Assembly (NCBI GenBank): GCA_001798455.1
Contig: MGSI01000019.1
Location: forward strand, 1-48,571
From: Deltaproteobacteria bacterium RIFCSPLOWO2_02_FULL_57_26
GTDB taxonomy: Bacteria; Desulfobacterota; Binatia; UBA9968
DNA length: 48,571 nucleotides
Direction of reading: 5' to 3'
The position numbers were made by a program, and so were the translations under genes. The notes beneath the pieces were generated by a model. It did no database searches and had not been told where the DNA came from. It saw nothing but the letters and a program-made list of their open reading frames with translations. Positions 1-8,831 of the stretch are shown here, piece by piece; positions within the stretch are counted from its first letter, which is position 1, and every line of letters starts with the position of its first letter.

Positions 1-81
1 GGTTTTCAGAACGCATGCAATTGGAGGCACGATTAAAAAAGAATGTGGAAAGGCTTATCGAGATTGTCTAGAAGCAAAAGC

Positions 82-113
82 ATGACCCCCAACTCCCATG
101 ACCCCCAACTCCC
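82..113. repeat. perfect 2 x 16-nt tandem direct repeat (ATGACCCCCAACTCCC)
   Basis: Read directly: 82-97 and 98-113 are identical. Lies ~70 nt upstream of the start codon at 186. Confidence 0.9.
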
Positions 114-185
114 AAGAACGATTTCCCATGTTGGAAGTTCTGGCTTTCCGAATCTCTAAACGTCCCTCATCAGAAGGAGGTCGCT

Positions 186-1012
186 ATGAGACGAACAGCT
201 CTGATGCTGGCGCTGACCTTGGCACTTGGAATCGCGGTGGAAATCATCGGACAGCAAATCGCGAATGCTCAGCAGCTATCCGACGCGCGGGTCGCGGACC
301 TCATCCGGGCCGGTAGGGTTCGAGTGGGGCTGGGCCTGGTTCCAACATTCGCCGTCAAGGACCCAGCCACTGGTGAGTTACGGGGGGTGGCAATGGACCT
401 CGCTCGCGCACTCGCAGCGCGCCCCGGGGTTGAGCTCCTGCCGGTCGAATATCCGAGCCCTCCGAGCGTCCTCGAAGGCCTGAAGTCCGCCGCGTGGATG
501 TGGGGTTTCTAGGGGTCGACCCAGCTCGGCTGGCTCAGGCAGACTTCTCGCCCCCATATCTGCAAGTGGACTCGACCTATTTGGTGCCCGCTGGCTCCTC
601 AATCCGCAACGTCGCGGACGCGGACAACCCGGGAGTTCACATCGCGGTCACGCGCAATAGCGTCGAGGACTTCGTTTTGACCCGCATGCTAAAGCAAGCT
701 CAATTGGTACGCGTCGAGACCATAAGCACCGGCTTCGACGTATTGCGCGCGGGAAATGCCGAAGTGTTCGCAGTCCCCCGCCCCACCGCGCTCCAGTTTT
801 CGGCCCGGTTGCCCGGCTCTCGCGTGCTGGAGGACCGCTTCCACGCCGTCTTCCATGCCATCGCGGTTCCTAAAGGCCAGGCGGGACGGCTCGCCTACGT
901 CACTGACTTCATCGAAGAGGCCAAGGCCTCGGGGTTGGTGCAGCGGGCAGTCGAGCGCGCTGGCTTGCGCGGGGTTCAGGTAGCACCCGTGGGAAATCCA
1001 CCTACCAAGTAG
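186..1012 (+). pseudogene. periplasmic solute-binding protein, family 3 (amino-acid ABC transporter type), split by a frameshift near 489-496
   Basis: ORF 186-512 has AGGAGG 5 nt upstream, a signal-peptide-like N-terminus (MRRTALMLALTLALGIA) and ends ...VLEGLKSAAWMWGF*. ORF 494-1012, in another frame, continues VDVGFLGVDPARLAQADFSPPY..., the expected continuation of an SBP_bac_3 fold. Joining them needs a 1-nt change in GCCGCGTGG. Confidence 0.6.
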
Positions 1013-1274
1013 CGGGCCGAAGTGGCAAGGTTCAGTCTACGCACGAAGCGCATGGGGGTAGACAACCCAAGGACCTGTTCCTGGCAGGGTGGTTCCAGAA
1101 GATTATGAACGCCGCCTGAAGCACCACGTGGTTATCGGTGAAGGTACGCACTACACCATTGCCGCAGCCCGGTCCACCTAACCCGTCGCCAGACTGTGTG
1201 AAAACTCCAAATTGTCCAGCCTAGTCTGGAAGTTGTTCCCAAATTGACACAACAGTCCCTTATCGGATAGTCTC

Positions 1275-1332
1275 CGGCTGAAAGCTATCTGCAGTAAGCG
1301 GTCATTTAGCCGTCGACGGCTGAAGGCTACCT
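1275..1332 (+). promoter_or_regulatory. candidate operator or leader element: two 16-nt direct repeats plus a 14-bp perfect palindrome
   Basis: CGGCTGAAAGCTATCT (1275-1290) and CGGCTGAAGGCTACCT (1317-1332) match 14/16 and start 42 nt apart. AGCCGTCGACGGCT (1308-1321) is a perfect palindrome overlapping repeat 2. The element ends 33 nt before the ATG at 1365. Confidence 0.3.
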
Positions 1333-1364
1333 CTCGCGAGGCAAAAAAGGAGGGAACCACGCAG

Positions 1365-2390
1365 ATGTTTAGAAGACTTTTCTATCTGATCGCGGCAGTT
1401 GGAATTCTTCAGTCCGCTAGCCCTGTCTATGCATCAAGTCACGACTTTTATGCGGGCAAGACAATCCGTTTTATCGTGGCCTTCAGTCCTGGTGGTGCAT
1501 TCGACGCCTACACTCGGACAATCGCGCGCCACTTCGGTAAGCATGTCCCGGGCAATCCGACGGTCATCGTCGAAAACATGACGGGAGCCGGAGGCTTCAT
1601 TCATGCTAACTACATGTATCAGAGAGCAAAACTCGATGGCCTCACGATCGGCAACAATATCGGCGGACTGTTCCTACAGCAGATCATGGGCGCCAAAGGG
1701 ATCGAGTTTGACGGGAGAAAGTTCGGATACCTCGGGGTCCCCCAGGTGCCCCAGTCAGTTTGCGTTTTGAGTAAGGTCAGCGGCATCAATAGCGTGCAGC
1801 AATGGTTTGCCGCTAAAGAACCATTGAAACTGGGCGGCGTCGGGCCGGGAGGCAACATGTCTGATATTGCGAGAACCCTCAAGACCGCCCTGGGGCTACC
1901 CATCCGAGTGGTCGACGGATATAAGGGGGCCTCAGACGTTCGCCTGGCCGCGGACAGTGGCGAGTTGGGTGGCTTCTGCCTGACCTGGGACGCAACCAAA
2001 ATCATGTTGCGCCAGCCGCTACAGACAGGCGACTATACGGTCGTGCTTCAGGCGGCGCCAAAAAAACACCCGGATCTTCCCAATGTGCCACTGGCGGTAG
2101 AATTTGCCAAGACCGATGAAGCGCGGCAGTTGCTGAAGTATGCTGTTCATGACGTAACGATCATCCAGTACCTCTATTTCTTGCCTCCCGGATCCGCGAA
2201 AGAGCGCCTGCAAACCCTGCGCAGGGCTTTCCTGGACACACTGAAGGATCCGGAACTTCTGGCGGATGCTACTAAAGCGAATATGGGCATCAGCCCTGTA
2301 CCCGGCGAAGAGATAGAGAATATTGTTAATGGCCTGTTCAAAATTGACGCTATGATGATCCCTAAGCTCAAGGGCATGCTCGTTCCGTAG
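1365..2390 (+). CDS. TctC/Bug-family extracytoplasmic solute receptor (tripartite tricarboxylate transporter substrate-binding protein)
   Basis: 341-aa ORF with signal peptide (MFRRLFYLIAAVGILQSASPVYA). Family-typical motifs: KTIRFIVAFSPGGAFDAYTR...VIVENMTGAGG...DGLTIG. AGGAGGG lies upstream. No adjacent TctA/TctB genes. Confidence 0.7.
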   Translation: MFRRLFYLIAAVGILQSASPVYASSHDFYAGKTIRFIVAFSPGGAFDAYTRTIARHFGKHVPGNPTVIVENMTGAGGFIHANYMYQRAKLDGLTIGNNIGGLFLQQIMGAKGIEFDGRKFGYLGVPQVPQSVCVLSKVSGINSVQQWFAAKEPLKLGGVGPGGNMSDIARTLKTALGLPIRVVDGYKGASDVRLAADSGELGGFCLTWDATKIMLRQPLQTGDYTVVLQAAPKKHPDLPNVPLAVEFAKTDEARQLLKYAVHDVTIIQYLYFLPPGSAKERLQTLRRAFLDTLKDPELLADATKANMGISPVPGEEIENIVNGLFKIDAMMIPKLKGMLVP

Positions 2391-2433
2391 CGGAAAAGGA
2401 GTCGACTTCAGGAGCCGTATGCTGAAATCATCA

Positions 2434-2462
2434 GGCCCGCCAGGTGCAGACCACAGCGGGCC
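2434..2462. terminator. weak candidate bidirectional hairpin between convergent tctC-like gene and rplQ
   Basis: GGCCCGC (2434-2440) pairs with GCGGGCC (2456-2462) around a 15-nt loop. No clear U-tract on either strand. Confidence 0.25.
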
Positions 2463-2494
2463 CCAAAACGGAGGGGAAGCACAAAACGGATGAG

Positions 2495-2956
2495 CTAGGC
2501 CTTATCTGTCGCCCCCTTGGCCCTGGCCGCATCCTGCTTGGAAACAGAACGCCTTCTCTTCTTTTTTTCGCCTGCGGATGCTGCGGTCTTCTCCGCGCCA
2601 TCACCGGACACGAGCTGAATCATGGAGAGCGCTGCATGGTCGCCGCGCCGCCATCCGAGCTTGACGATTCGGGTGTAGCCTCCGTTTCGCTCCTTAAACC
2701 GGGGAGCCAGGGTATCAAAAACCTTTCTCACCACCGCTTTGTCGCGGATGAACCCGAGAGCCCGCCGTCGGGCATGAAGGCTACCCTCTTTCCCCAAACC
2801 GATCATCCGATCTACCCAGCGCCTCAACTCCTTGGCCTTAGGATCCGTGGTTTTGACCCGCTCATGGCGCAGCAGCAAGGTCACCAGGTTACGCATCAAC
2901 GCCAAGCGATGACTCGGGCTTCGGTTGAGCTTTCGGCCGGCTTTGAGGTGGCGCAT
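2495..2956 (-). CDS. rplQ: 50S ribosomal protein L17 (bL17) with Lys/Ala-rich C-terminal tail
   Basis: [24 protein letters not shown]... is the bL17 N-terminal signature. It is the last gene after rpoA, as in alpha operons. 153 aa. Confidence 0.95.
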   Translation of the reverse strand: MRHLKAGRKLNRSPSHRLALMRNLVTLLLRHERVKTTDPKAKELRRWVDRMIGLGKEGSLHARRRALGFIRDKAVVRKVFDTLAPRFKERNGGYTRIVKLGWRRGDHAALSMIQLVSGDGAEKTAASAGEKKKRRRSVSKQDAARAKGATDKA

Positions 2957-2959
2957 CGC

Positions 2960-3979
2960 TTATGCCGTCTCCTTCTCTCTGACGAGCCTGCGCCGTTCGA
3001 TCTCCTCGCGCGGGGGGAAGTGTTCCACCTTCATGCCGAGTTCGAGCGCCATCTCGCGTAGCACCTCTTTGATCTCGTTGAGCGACTTGTGGCCGAAATT
3101 TTTCGTCTTCAGCATTTCCTGCTCCGTCTTTTGGACCAGCTCCCCGATATATTTGATATCGGCGTTCTGCAGGCAATTCTGGGAGCGGACGGAAAACTCG
3201 AGCTCGTCCACGCTGCGGAAGAGATTGTCGTTCAGCGCCACCGGAGAGCTCTCCTCCTGCGTCTGCGGCTTCGGTTCCTCGGTAAAATTGATAAAGATCT
3301 GCACCTGATCTTGGATAATCTTCGCCGCGTAGGCGACGGCGTCAGCGGGCTTCACACCGCCGTCCGTCCAGACTTCAAAGACCAAACGGTCGTAATCGGT
3401 CCTCTGAGCCACCCGCGCATTGGTGATCGTGAAGTTCACCTTCCGGACGGGAGAAAAAACGGCGTCCATGAAAATGGTATCCACCGGGACGCCTTCTTCT
3501 TTGTTCCTTTCCGCTGGCACATAGCCACGGCCGAGCTTCGCCACCATCTCCATCTCCAGCTTTCCCTCGCGGGCCAGGGTGGCGATGTGCTGCTCCGGAT
3601 TGAGGATCTCCACGTTGGGACCGGCGCTGATGTCCTTGGCCTGAACCGTCTTCGGCCCTTTGGCCTCGATCCTGAGAGCCTGGACCTCCCCGTCGTGCAG
3701 CTTGAGTCGAACTTCCTTCAAATTGAGGATGATGTCAGTGACATCCTCCGTGACTCCCGGAATGGTGGAGAACTCATGGAGCATACCTTTGATCCGGACC
3801 GACACGACGGCGGCCCCCATCAGTGACGAAAGCAGGATGCGCCTTAGAGAATTGCCAACCGTTTGACCAAACCCTCTCTCAAAGGGTTCGGCGTAAAACT
3901 TGCCGTAGGTCGAGGTGAGAGTTTTTTCGTCCACCTCGAGTTTCTTGGGTTTGATTAGATCGGTCCAATGCCTATGCAT
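2960..3979 (-). CDS. rpoA: DNA-directed RNA polymerase alpha subunit
   Basis: 339-aa ORF containing ...[18 protein letters not shown]... and the C-terminal domain motif [22 protein letters not shown]. Position is rpsD-rpoA-rplQ. Confidence 0.97.
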   Translation of the reverse strand: MHRHWTDLIKPKKLEVDEKTLTSTYGKFYAEPFERGFGQTVGNSLRRILLSSLMGAAVVSVRIKGMLHEFSTIPGVTEDVTDIILNLKEVRLKLHDGEVQALRIEAKGPKTVQAKDISAGPNVEILNPEQHIATLAREGKLEMEMVAKLGRGYVPAERNKEEGVPVDTIFMDAVFSPVRKVNFTITNARVAQRTDYDRLVFEVWTDGGVKPADAVAYAAKIIQDQVQIFINFTEEPKPQTQEESSPVALNDNLFRSVDELEFSVRSQNCLQNADIKYIGELVQKTEQEMLKTKNFGHKSLNEIKEVLREMALELGMKVEHFPPREEIERRRLVREKETA

Positions 3980-4001
3980 AGCCTCTCCCTAACCTTAAGG
4001 G

Positions 4002-4628
4002 TTACTTTGAATACAACTCCACAATGAGCTTCTCGTTGATCGGCGCGGTGATGTCGCTGCGCGCCGGCAGAAGCTTGATCCGCCCGCTGAAACTCTCGCG
4101 GTCCACATCGGCCCACTCCGGCACACCCCGTCTCTGGGAACCTTCCAAAGCCGAGAGGATGCGAACGCCCTGACGGCTCCGCTCCTTGATCGAAACCACA
4201 TCGCCCATGCGGACCAGATACGAAGGAATGGTGACTCGCTTGCCGTTGACCAGAAGATGGCCCTGCCGCACCATCATGCGAGCCTCGCCGCGGGAGCTGG
4301 CAAAACCAAGCCGATAGCTAACGTTATCCAGGCGGCGTTCCAACAGGACCAAGAGCGACTCTCCGGTATTCCCTTTGACCCTAGCGGCCATGTCAAAGGT
4401 GCGGCGGAATTGATTTTCCATGAGGCCGTACATCCGCTTGACCTTCTGTTTCTCGCGCAACTGAACGCTGTACTCGGAAAACTTCGGCCTCCCCTGGCCG
4501 TGCTGCCCGGGCGGATAGCTCCTTCGCTCGATGGCGCACTTGTCGGTGTAACATCGCTCACCCTTGAGGAAAAGCTTCAAGTTTTCTCGCCGGCAGAGCC
4601 GGCATACTGAACCCGTATATCTCGCCAA
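4002..4628 (-). CDS. rpsD: 30S ribosomal protein S4 (uS4), Cys4 zinc-type N-terminus
   Basis: [31 protein letters not shown]... TTG start with GGGAGGA 5-6 nt upstream. 208 aa. Confidence 0.95.
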   Translation of the reverse strand: MARYTGSVCRLCRRENLKLFLKGERCYTDKCAIERRSYPPGQHGQGRPKFSEYSVQLREKQKVKRMYGLMENQFRRTFDMAARVKGNTGESLLVLLERRLDNVSYRLGFASSRGEARMMVRQGHLLVNGKRVTIPSYLVRMGDVVSIKERSRQGVRILSALEGSQRRGVPEWADVDRESFSGRIKLLPARSDITAPINEKLIVELYSK

Positions 4629-4648
4629 TCTGTCCTCCCTGAAAGCAA

Positions 4649-4704
4649 GCAGTAGGCAGTAGGGTATTTACTATTGCCTAATGCCTTTTGCCTGTTCCCT
4701 TTCT
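4649..4704. repeat. 7-nt phased tandem repeat array (8 units) in the rpsK-rpsD spacer
   Basis: GCAGTAG GCAGTAG GGTATTT ACTATTG CCTAATG CCTTTTG CCTGTTC CCTTTCT, read directly. Confidence 0.8.
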
Positions 4705-4706
4705 AT

Positions 4707-5153
4707 TTACACCCTCCGTCTTTTAGGCGGCCGACAGCCGTTATGCGGTATCGGGGTCACGTCCTTGATCAGGCTGATATTGAATCCCGCGGCCTGGAGG
4801 GATCTCAACGCCGATTCTCTGCCCGCCCCCGGCCCCCGGACAAATACCTGAACGCTACGCATTCCGTGATCCATGGCTTTTTTGGCGGCACTGTCCGCCG
4901 CCTGCTGAGCCGCAAACGGCGTTCCTTTGCGCGACCCTTTGAAGCCCATGGTCCCGGCGCTCGCCCATGAGATCACATTGCCCTGATAGTCGGTGATCGT
5001 CACAATCGTGTTGTTAAATGTCGAATGGACATGGGCGATCCCTTCAGAGATATTCTTCCTGCCCCGTTTCTTGCGCGCTCCCTTTTCGGCGGGTTTCTCT
5101 TCTTTCTGCGCCTCGGCCTTCTTTTCCTGGACCTTCTCTTCTGCCTTCGCCAT
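4707..5153 (-). CDS. rpsK: 30S ribosomal protein S11 (uS11) with Lys/Glu-rich N-terminal extension
   Basis: 148 aa. The core ...[30 protein letters not shown]...[11 protein letters not shown]... is typical uS11. AGGAGAG lies upstream. Confidence 0.95.
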   Translation of the reverse strand: MAKAEEKVQEKKAEAQKEEKPAEKGARKKRGRKNISEGIAHVHSTFNNTIVTITDYQGNVISWASAGTMGFKGSRKGTPFAAQQAADSAAKKAMDHGMRSVQVFVRGPGAGRESALRSLQAAGFNISLIKDVTPIPHNGCRPPKRRRV

Positions 5154-5161
5154 CGTTTTTC

Positions 5162-5196
5162 TCTCCTGCCTATTGGTTATTGCCTACCGCCTGCTT
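5162..5196. repeat. 7-nt phased repeat array (5 units) in the rpsM-rpsK spacer
   Basis: TCTCCTG CCTATTG GTTATTG CCTACCG CCTGCTT, read directly. Confidence 0.7.
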
Positions 5197-5578
5197 ACCC
5201 CTTCGACGGTGGCGCTTTCCTTCCCGCCACGGTCTTGCGCGGCCCTTTCCGCGTTCTTGCGTTGGTATGGGTTCTCTGTCCCCGCACCGGCAGCCCCTTG
5301 CGGTGCCTGAGCCCGCGATACGACCCCATATCGACGTGTCGGCGGATGTTCAGCGCCGTGTCACGCCTGAGATCTCCCTCCACCTTATAGCCCTGGTCGA
5401 TGAACTGACGAATCTTGACCACATCGTCGTCGGTCAGCTCATCGCTATTGATGTCCAACGGCACTCCCGCCGCTTGCAAAATCGTTCTGGCGGAGCTTCT
5501 CCCGATCCCGTAGATGTACGTTAGGGCAACCTCTATCCTTTTGTTCTTGGGCAAGTCCACCCCGGCTATCCGCGCCAT
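5195..5578 (-). CDS. rpsM: 30S ribosomal protein S13 (uS13)
   Basis: [26 protein letters not shown]... 127 aa. GGAGG lies upstream. Confidence 0.96.
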   Translation of the reverse strand: MARIAGVDLPKNKRIEVALTYIYGIGRSSARTILQAAGVPLDINSDELTDDDVVKIRQFIDQGYKVEGDLRRDTALNIRRHVDMGSYRGLRHRKGLPVRGQRTHTNARTRKGPRKTVAGRKAPPSKG

Positions 5579-5593
5579 TGGAACCTCCAGTTC

Positions 5594-5628
5594 AGTAATC
5601 AGTAAACAGTCAATAGTGAAGAGTACCA
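5594..5628. repeat. 7-nt phased repeat array (AGTNNNN x5) in the rpmJ-rpsM spacer
   Basis: AGTAATC AGTAAAC AGTCAAT AGTGAAG AGTACCA, read directly. Confidence 0.8.
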
Positions 5629-5643
5629 GGCCTCCCCATCGAA

Positions 5644-5671
5644 CTATTCACTATTCGCTATTCACTATCCC
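5644..5671. repeat. 7-nt tandem repeat (CTATTCR x3.5) abutting the rpmJ stop codon
   Basis: CTATTCA CTATTCG CTATTCA CTATCCC. The last unit contains the rpmJ stop codon (5665-5667). Confidence 0.85.
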
Positions 5672-5778
5672 TGCCGCTGCTTGTGCCGGACGTTAACGCA
5701 AATCACGCGGACCACTCCCTTGCGCCGTATCACCTTGCATTTGCTGCAGATCTTCTTAACCGATGCTCGCACCTTCAT
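5665..5778 (-). CDS. rpmJ: 50S ribosomal protein L36 (bL36), zinc-binding form
   Basis: Below the ORF-track cutoff, so translated by hand: [38 protein letters not shown]11/C14/C27/H32 motif. Canonical infA-rpmJ-rpsM position. Confidence 0.93.
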   Translation of the reverse strand: MKVRASVKKICSKCKVIRRKGVVRVICVNVRHKQRQG

Positions 5779-5780
5779 GG

Positions 5781-5815
5781 TAGCCAATCGTGAATAGCCA
5801 ATAGCAAACAGTCGC
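5781..5815. repeat. 7-nt phased repeat array in the infA-rpmJ spacer
   Basis: TAGCCAA TCGTGAA TAGCCAA TAGCAAA CAGTCGC, read directly. Confidence 0.75.
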
Positions 5816-5835
5816 GCGGCCCATCCCCTCCATGC

Positions 5836-5858
5836 GCTATTTGCTATTTGCTATTTGC
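5836..5858. repeat. exact 3 x GCTATTT tandem heptamer just downstream of the infA stop
   Basis: GCTATTT GCTATTT GCTATTT GC at 5836-5858, read directly. Confidence 0.9.
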
Positions 5859-5863
5859 CCTCC

Positions 5864-6082
5864 TTATTTCTCCCGGTAGATGATCCGCCCGCGACTCAGA
5901 TCATAAGGCGAAAGCTCAATCTTCACCTTATCCCCCGGGAGAATCTTGATATAGTGCATCCGCATCTTGCCCGAAATATGCGCCAGCACCTTATGCCCGT
6001 TGTCGAGTTTGACTCGGAACATGGCATTCGGGAGCGTCTCCAGTACCGTCCCGGTTACTTCAATGGCATCCCCTTTTGGCAT
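5864..6082 (-). CDS. infA: translation initiation factor IF-1
   Basis: 72 aa: [53 protein letters not shown]... Confidence 0.97.
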   Translation of the reverse strand: MPKGDAIEVTGTVLETLPNAMFRVKLDNGHKVLAHISGKMRMHYIKILPGDKVKIELSPYDLSRGRIIYREK

Positions 6083-6091
6083 AGGAAAAAT

Positions 6092-6850
6092 TCAAACCCT
6101 GCTCAAAATATCCGGGCCATTCTTGGTAATTGCCACTGAGTGCTCAAAATGAGCCGAGAGGCTCCCATCCCTCGTGACTGCTGTCCAGCCGTCCTCCTTA
6201 ATTGCGACCTCGTAGCCGCCGGCGTTGACCATAGGCTCAATGGCCAATACCATTCCCTCACGGAGCCGAAGGCCCCGGTCGGGCTCCCCGTAGTTCGGAA
6301 CTGGCGGCTCCTCGTGCAGCTTCCTACCAATTCCATGCCCGACAAAGGCTCTGACCACCGAAAAGCCTGCGCCCTCCACTCTGCTTTGGATGGCCCATGC
6401 GAGATCGCCGAGCCGCTTCCCTTCGTGAAGCTGCTCGATCCCTTTGCACAGAGCCTCTTCGGTCACCCGCGTCAGGCGCAACGCCTCCTCGCTCACCTTC
6501 CCGACCCCGACCGTAACCGCAGAATCCCCGTAGTAACCTTCGTAGATCACGCCGAAGTCAAGCCCCACGATATCGCCCTCGCGCAGCACCCGATCCGAGG
6601 GAATTCCGTGCACGATCTCATCATTGATGGAGACGCAGAGGGTGCGCGGATAGACCCTGCCCGCCATGGTATAGCCTTTGAATGCCGGCTGGGCCTTTTT
6701 TTTATAGGTCAACTCCTCGGCCAACTCATCCAGTTCCAGCGTGGTTACCCCCGGGGCTACCCTGCTCTTCAGTTCTTGCAGGATCTCGGCCACGATGACG
6801 TTCGCACGCCTCAGAATCTCAATTTCCCGCGCCGACTTAAGGGCGATCAC
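6092..6850 (-). CDS. map: type I methionine aminopeptidase
   Basis: 252 aa with ...ICVSINDEIVHGIP..., GDIVGLDFG, FVGHGIG and LAIEPM metal-site motifs. Position is adk-map-infA. Confidence 0.95.
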   Translation of the reverse strand: MIALKSAREIEILRRANVIVAEILQELKSRVAPGVTTLELDELAEELTYKKKAQPAFKGYTMAGRVYPRTLCVSINDEIVHGIPSDRVLREGDIVGLDFGVIYEGYYGDSAVTVGVGKVSEEALRLTRVTEEALCKGIEQLHEGKRLGDLAWAIQSRVEGAGFSVVRAFVGHGIGRKLHEEPPVPNYGEPDRGLRLREGMVLAIEPMVNAGGYEVAIKEDGWTAVTRDGSLSAHFEHSVAITKNGPDILSRV

Positions 6851-7518
6851 GTTCCCACTTCCCCCAACGCTAGGAGCATGCGGCAGCGGATTTCTTCGAC
6901 GCTCCCAACGCCGTCAATTTCTTTCAGCAGACCCTTCTTGCGATAATAGTCGACCAGCGGCGCGGTTTGGGCCTCGTAGACGCGCAGGCGCGCCCGGATG
7001 GTCTCGACCCGATCGTCCTCCCGCTGATAGAGTTCTCCCCCGCAGCGATCACAAACCCCGATTCGCCGGGGCGGTTGAGAAACCAGATGATACAGCGCGC
7101 CGCACGTCTTGCAGCTCCGCCTCCCCTCCAGCCGCAGAATGATCACATTGTGGGGGACCCAGATCGAAAAAACACAATCGAGCCCAGAGCCCATCGCTTC
7201 AAGAATCGCCTCCAGACCCTCGGCTTGATCCAGAGTACGCGGAAACCCATCTAAGATAAACCCGGCCAGGCAGTCGTCCCCGCGCAGCCGCTCAGCCACA
7301 AGATCAATCATCAGCCCGTCGGGAACCAGCTCGCCTTTCGCCATAAGCGCTGCGGCCTTTTCTCCCAGAGGACTCCTCTCCGCCGCCGCGCGGCGCAGGA
7401 TATCTCCGGTCGAAACCTGGCAGGCTCCGAATTGCTCCTTCAGCAACTTCGCCTGAGTCCCTTTACCCGCCCCCGGCGGACCCAACAAGAGCACGCGCAC
7501 AGCAGCCTCATCGGTCAA
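6847..7518 (-). CDS. adk: adenylate kinase with Cys4 zinc lid
   Basis: LLLGPPGAGKGTQ P-loop. Lid has CKTCGALYH...CDRCGGEL. Overlaps the map start by 4 nt. Confidence 0.95.
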   Translation of the reverse strand: MTDEAAVRVLLLGPPGAGKGTQAKLLKEQFGACQVSTGDILRRAAAERSPLGEKAAALMAKGELVPDGLMIDLVAERLRGDDCLAGFILDGFPRTLDQAEGLEAILEAMGSGLDCVFSIWVPHNVIILRLEGRRSCKTCGALYHLVSQPPRRIGVCDRCGGELYQREDDRVETIRARLRVYEAQTAPLVDYYRKKGLLKEIDGVGSVEEIRCRMLLALGEVGT

Positions 7519-7520
7519 AA

Positions 7521-8831
7521 CTAAGCCCTTCTCCCACGCAGGCGCCCCCGTTTCATAAACCCTTCGTAGTTGCGGGTAATCATATGGGTTTCGGCCTGGG
7601 CCACTGTGTCCAGAGCGACACCCACCACGATCAGGAGCGCAGTCCCGCCGAAGAAAAAGGGCACGTTAAATTGGCTGATCAAGATAGTCGGTAGAAGGGC
7701 AACCGCGGAAAGATAGATGGTCCCACCTAAGGTGATCCTTGAGAGCACGCGGTCGATAAATTCCGCCGTCTTCTGCCCCGGTCTGATCCCCGGGATATAG
7801 CCGCCAAATTTCTTCATGTTCTCAGCCACATCCACCGGATTAAAAACCACCGCCGTATAAAAATAACAAAAGAAGACAATAAAGCCGACATACAGGACGT
7901 CATGCAGCCACCGGCCAGGGGCGAGGTAGGCCGCGGCCGCTTGGGCCCAAGGATTTTGGACGAACTGGGCCACCGTAGCCGGGAAGATCAGGATGGAAGA
8001 GGCGAAGATGGGCGGGATCACGCCCGAGGTGTTGATCTTAAGCGGCAAGTGCGAACTCTGTCCTCCGTACATCCGGCGGCCAACCACCCGTTTGGCATAC
8101 TGAACCGGAATCCTTCTCTGGCCCCGCTCCATGAAAATGATCACTCCCACCACCACGACCACAACCACCAGGATAAAGAGCACGACCAGAATGCCCAACT
8201 CCCCCTCCCGAACGAACTGCAGCGTCGACGTGAGGGCCGACGGCAGCCGGGCGACGATCCCGGCAAAAATGATCAGGGAAATGCCATTGCCGATACCCCG
8301 TTCTGTGATCTGCTCGCCTAACCACATGATAAAGGCGGTCCCCGAGGTCAGCGTGATCATGGTCATCAGCCGAAACCGCCAACCGGGATCCAATACGATC
8401 GCCTCCCCCCCAGGCCCACGCGTCCCCTCTAGCCCGGCGGCGATCATGAGCCCCTGGATAATGGAGAGCAGCACCGTCCCGTAGCGGGTATACTGAGTGA
8501 TCTTCCTGCGACCCACCTCGCCTTCCTTCGAGAGGCGCTCCAGATAAGGAAAAACCACAGTGAGGAGCTGAAGGATGATCGAGGCGCTGATATAGGGCAT
8601 GATGCCCAGGGAAAAAACCGAGAACTGCTCCAAGGCTCCGCCCGAAAACAGGTTGAACAGTCCGAATATTGTGCCTTCAACTTGCGCGAAAAAAGCGGCC
8701 AGGGCTTGCCGATCAATCCCAGGGGTCGGAATGTGGACACCCAGGCGGTAGACGGCCAGCATGATCAGAGAAAAAAAGAGCCTGCGTCTAAGCTCGGGAA
8801 TCCTGGTTACGTTCTGAAACCCTTCAAGCAT
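7521..8831 (-). CDS. secY: preprotein translocase subunit SecY
   Basis: 436-aa polytopic membrane ORF between rplO and adk, with typical SecY motifs ([38 protein letters not shown]). Confidence 0.97.
   Translation of the reverse strand: MLEGFQNVTRIPELRRRLFFSLIMLAVYRLGVHIPTPGIDRQALAAFFAQVEGTIFGLFNLFSGGALEQFSVFSLGIMPYISASIILQLLTVVFPYLERLSKEGEVGRRKITQYTRYGTVLLSIIQGLMIAAGLEGTRGPGGEAIVLDPGWRFRLMTMITLTSGTAFIMWLGEQITERGIGNGISLIIFAGIVARLPSALTSTLQFVREGELGILVVLFILVVVVVVVGVIIFMERGQRRIPVQYAKRVVGRRMYGGQSSHLPLKINTSGVIPPIFASSILIFPATVAQFVQNPWAQAAAAYLAPGRWLHDVLYVGFIVFFCYFYTAVVFNPVDVAENMKKFGGYIPGIRPGQKTAEFIDRVLSRITLGGTIYLSAVALLPTILISQFNVPFFFGGTALLIVVGVALDTVAQAETHMITRNYEGFMKRGRLRGRRA

Noticed and set aside
1-70. 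Possible 3' end of a plus-strand ORF (…FSERMQLEARLKKNVERLIEIV*)
   Set aside because: Only 22 codons are visible and there is no recognisable family, so it cannot be supported from this window.
1062-1181. Short open frame (…VVPEDYERRLKHHVVIGEGTHYTIAAARST*) between the two solute-binding genes
   Set aside because: It has only a GTG start and no SD, spans ~30-40 codons, and has no family match I can name. It could be a gene remnant, but that is unsupported.
2444-3061. 205-aa plus-strand ORF overlapping rplQ and the rpoA end
   Set aside because: Antisense to two conserved genes, with no SD or family similarity.
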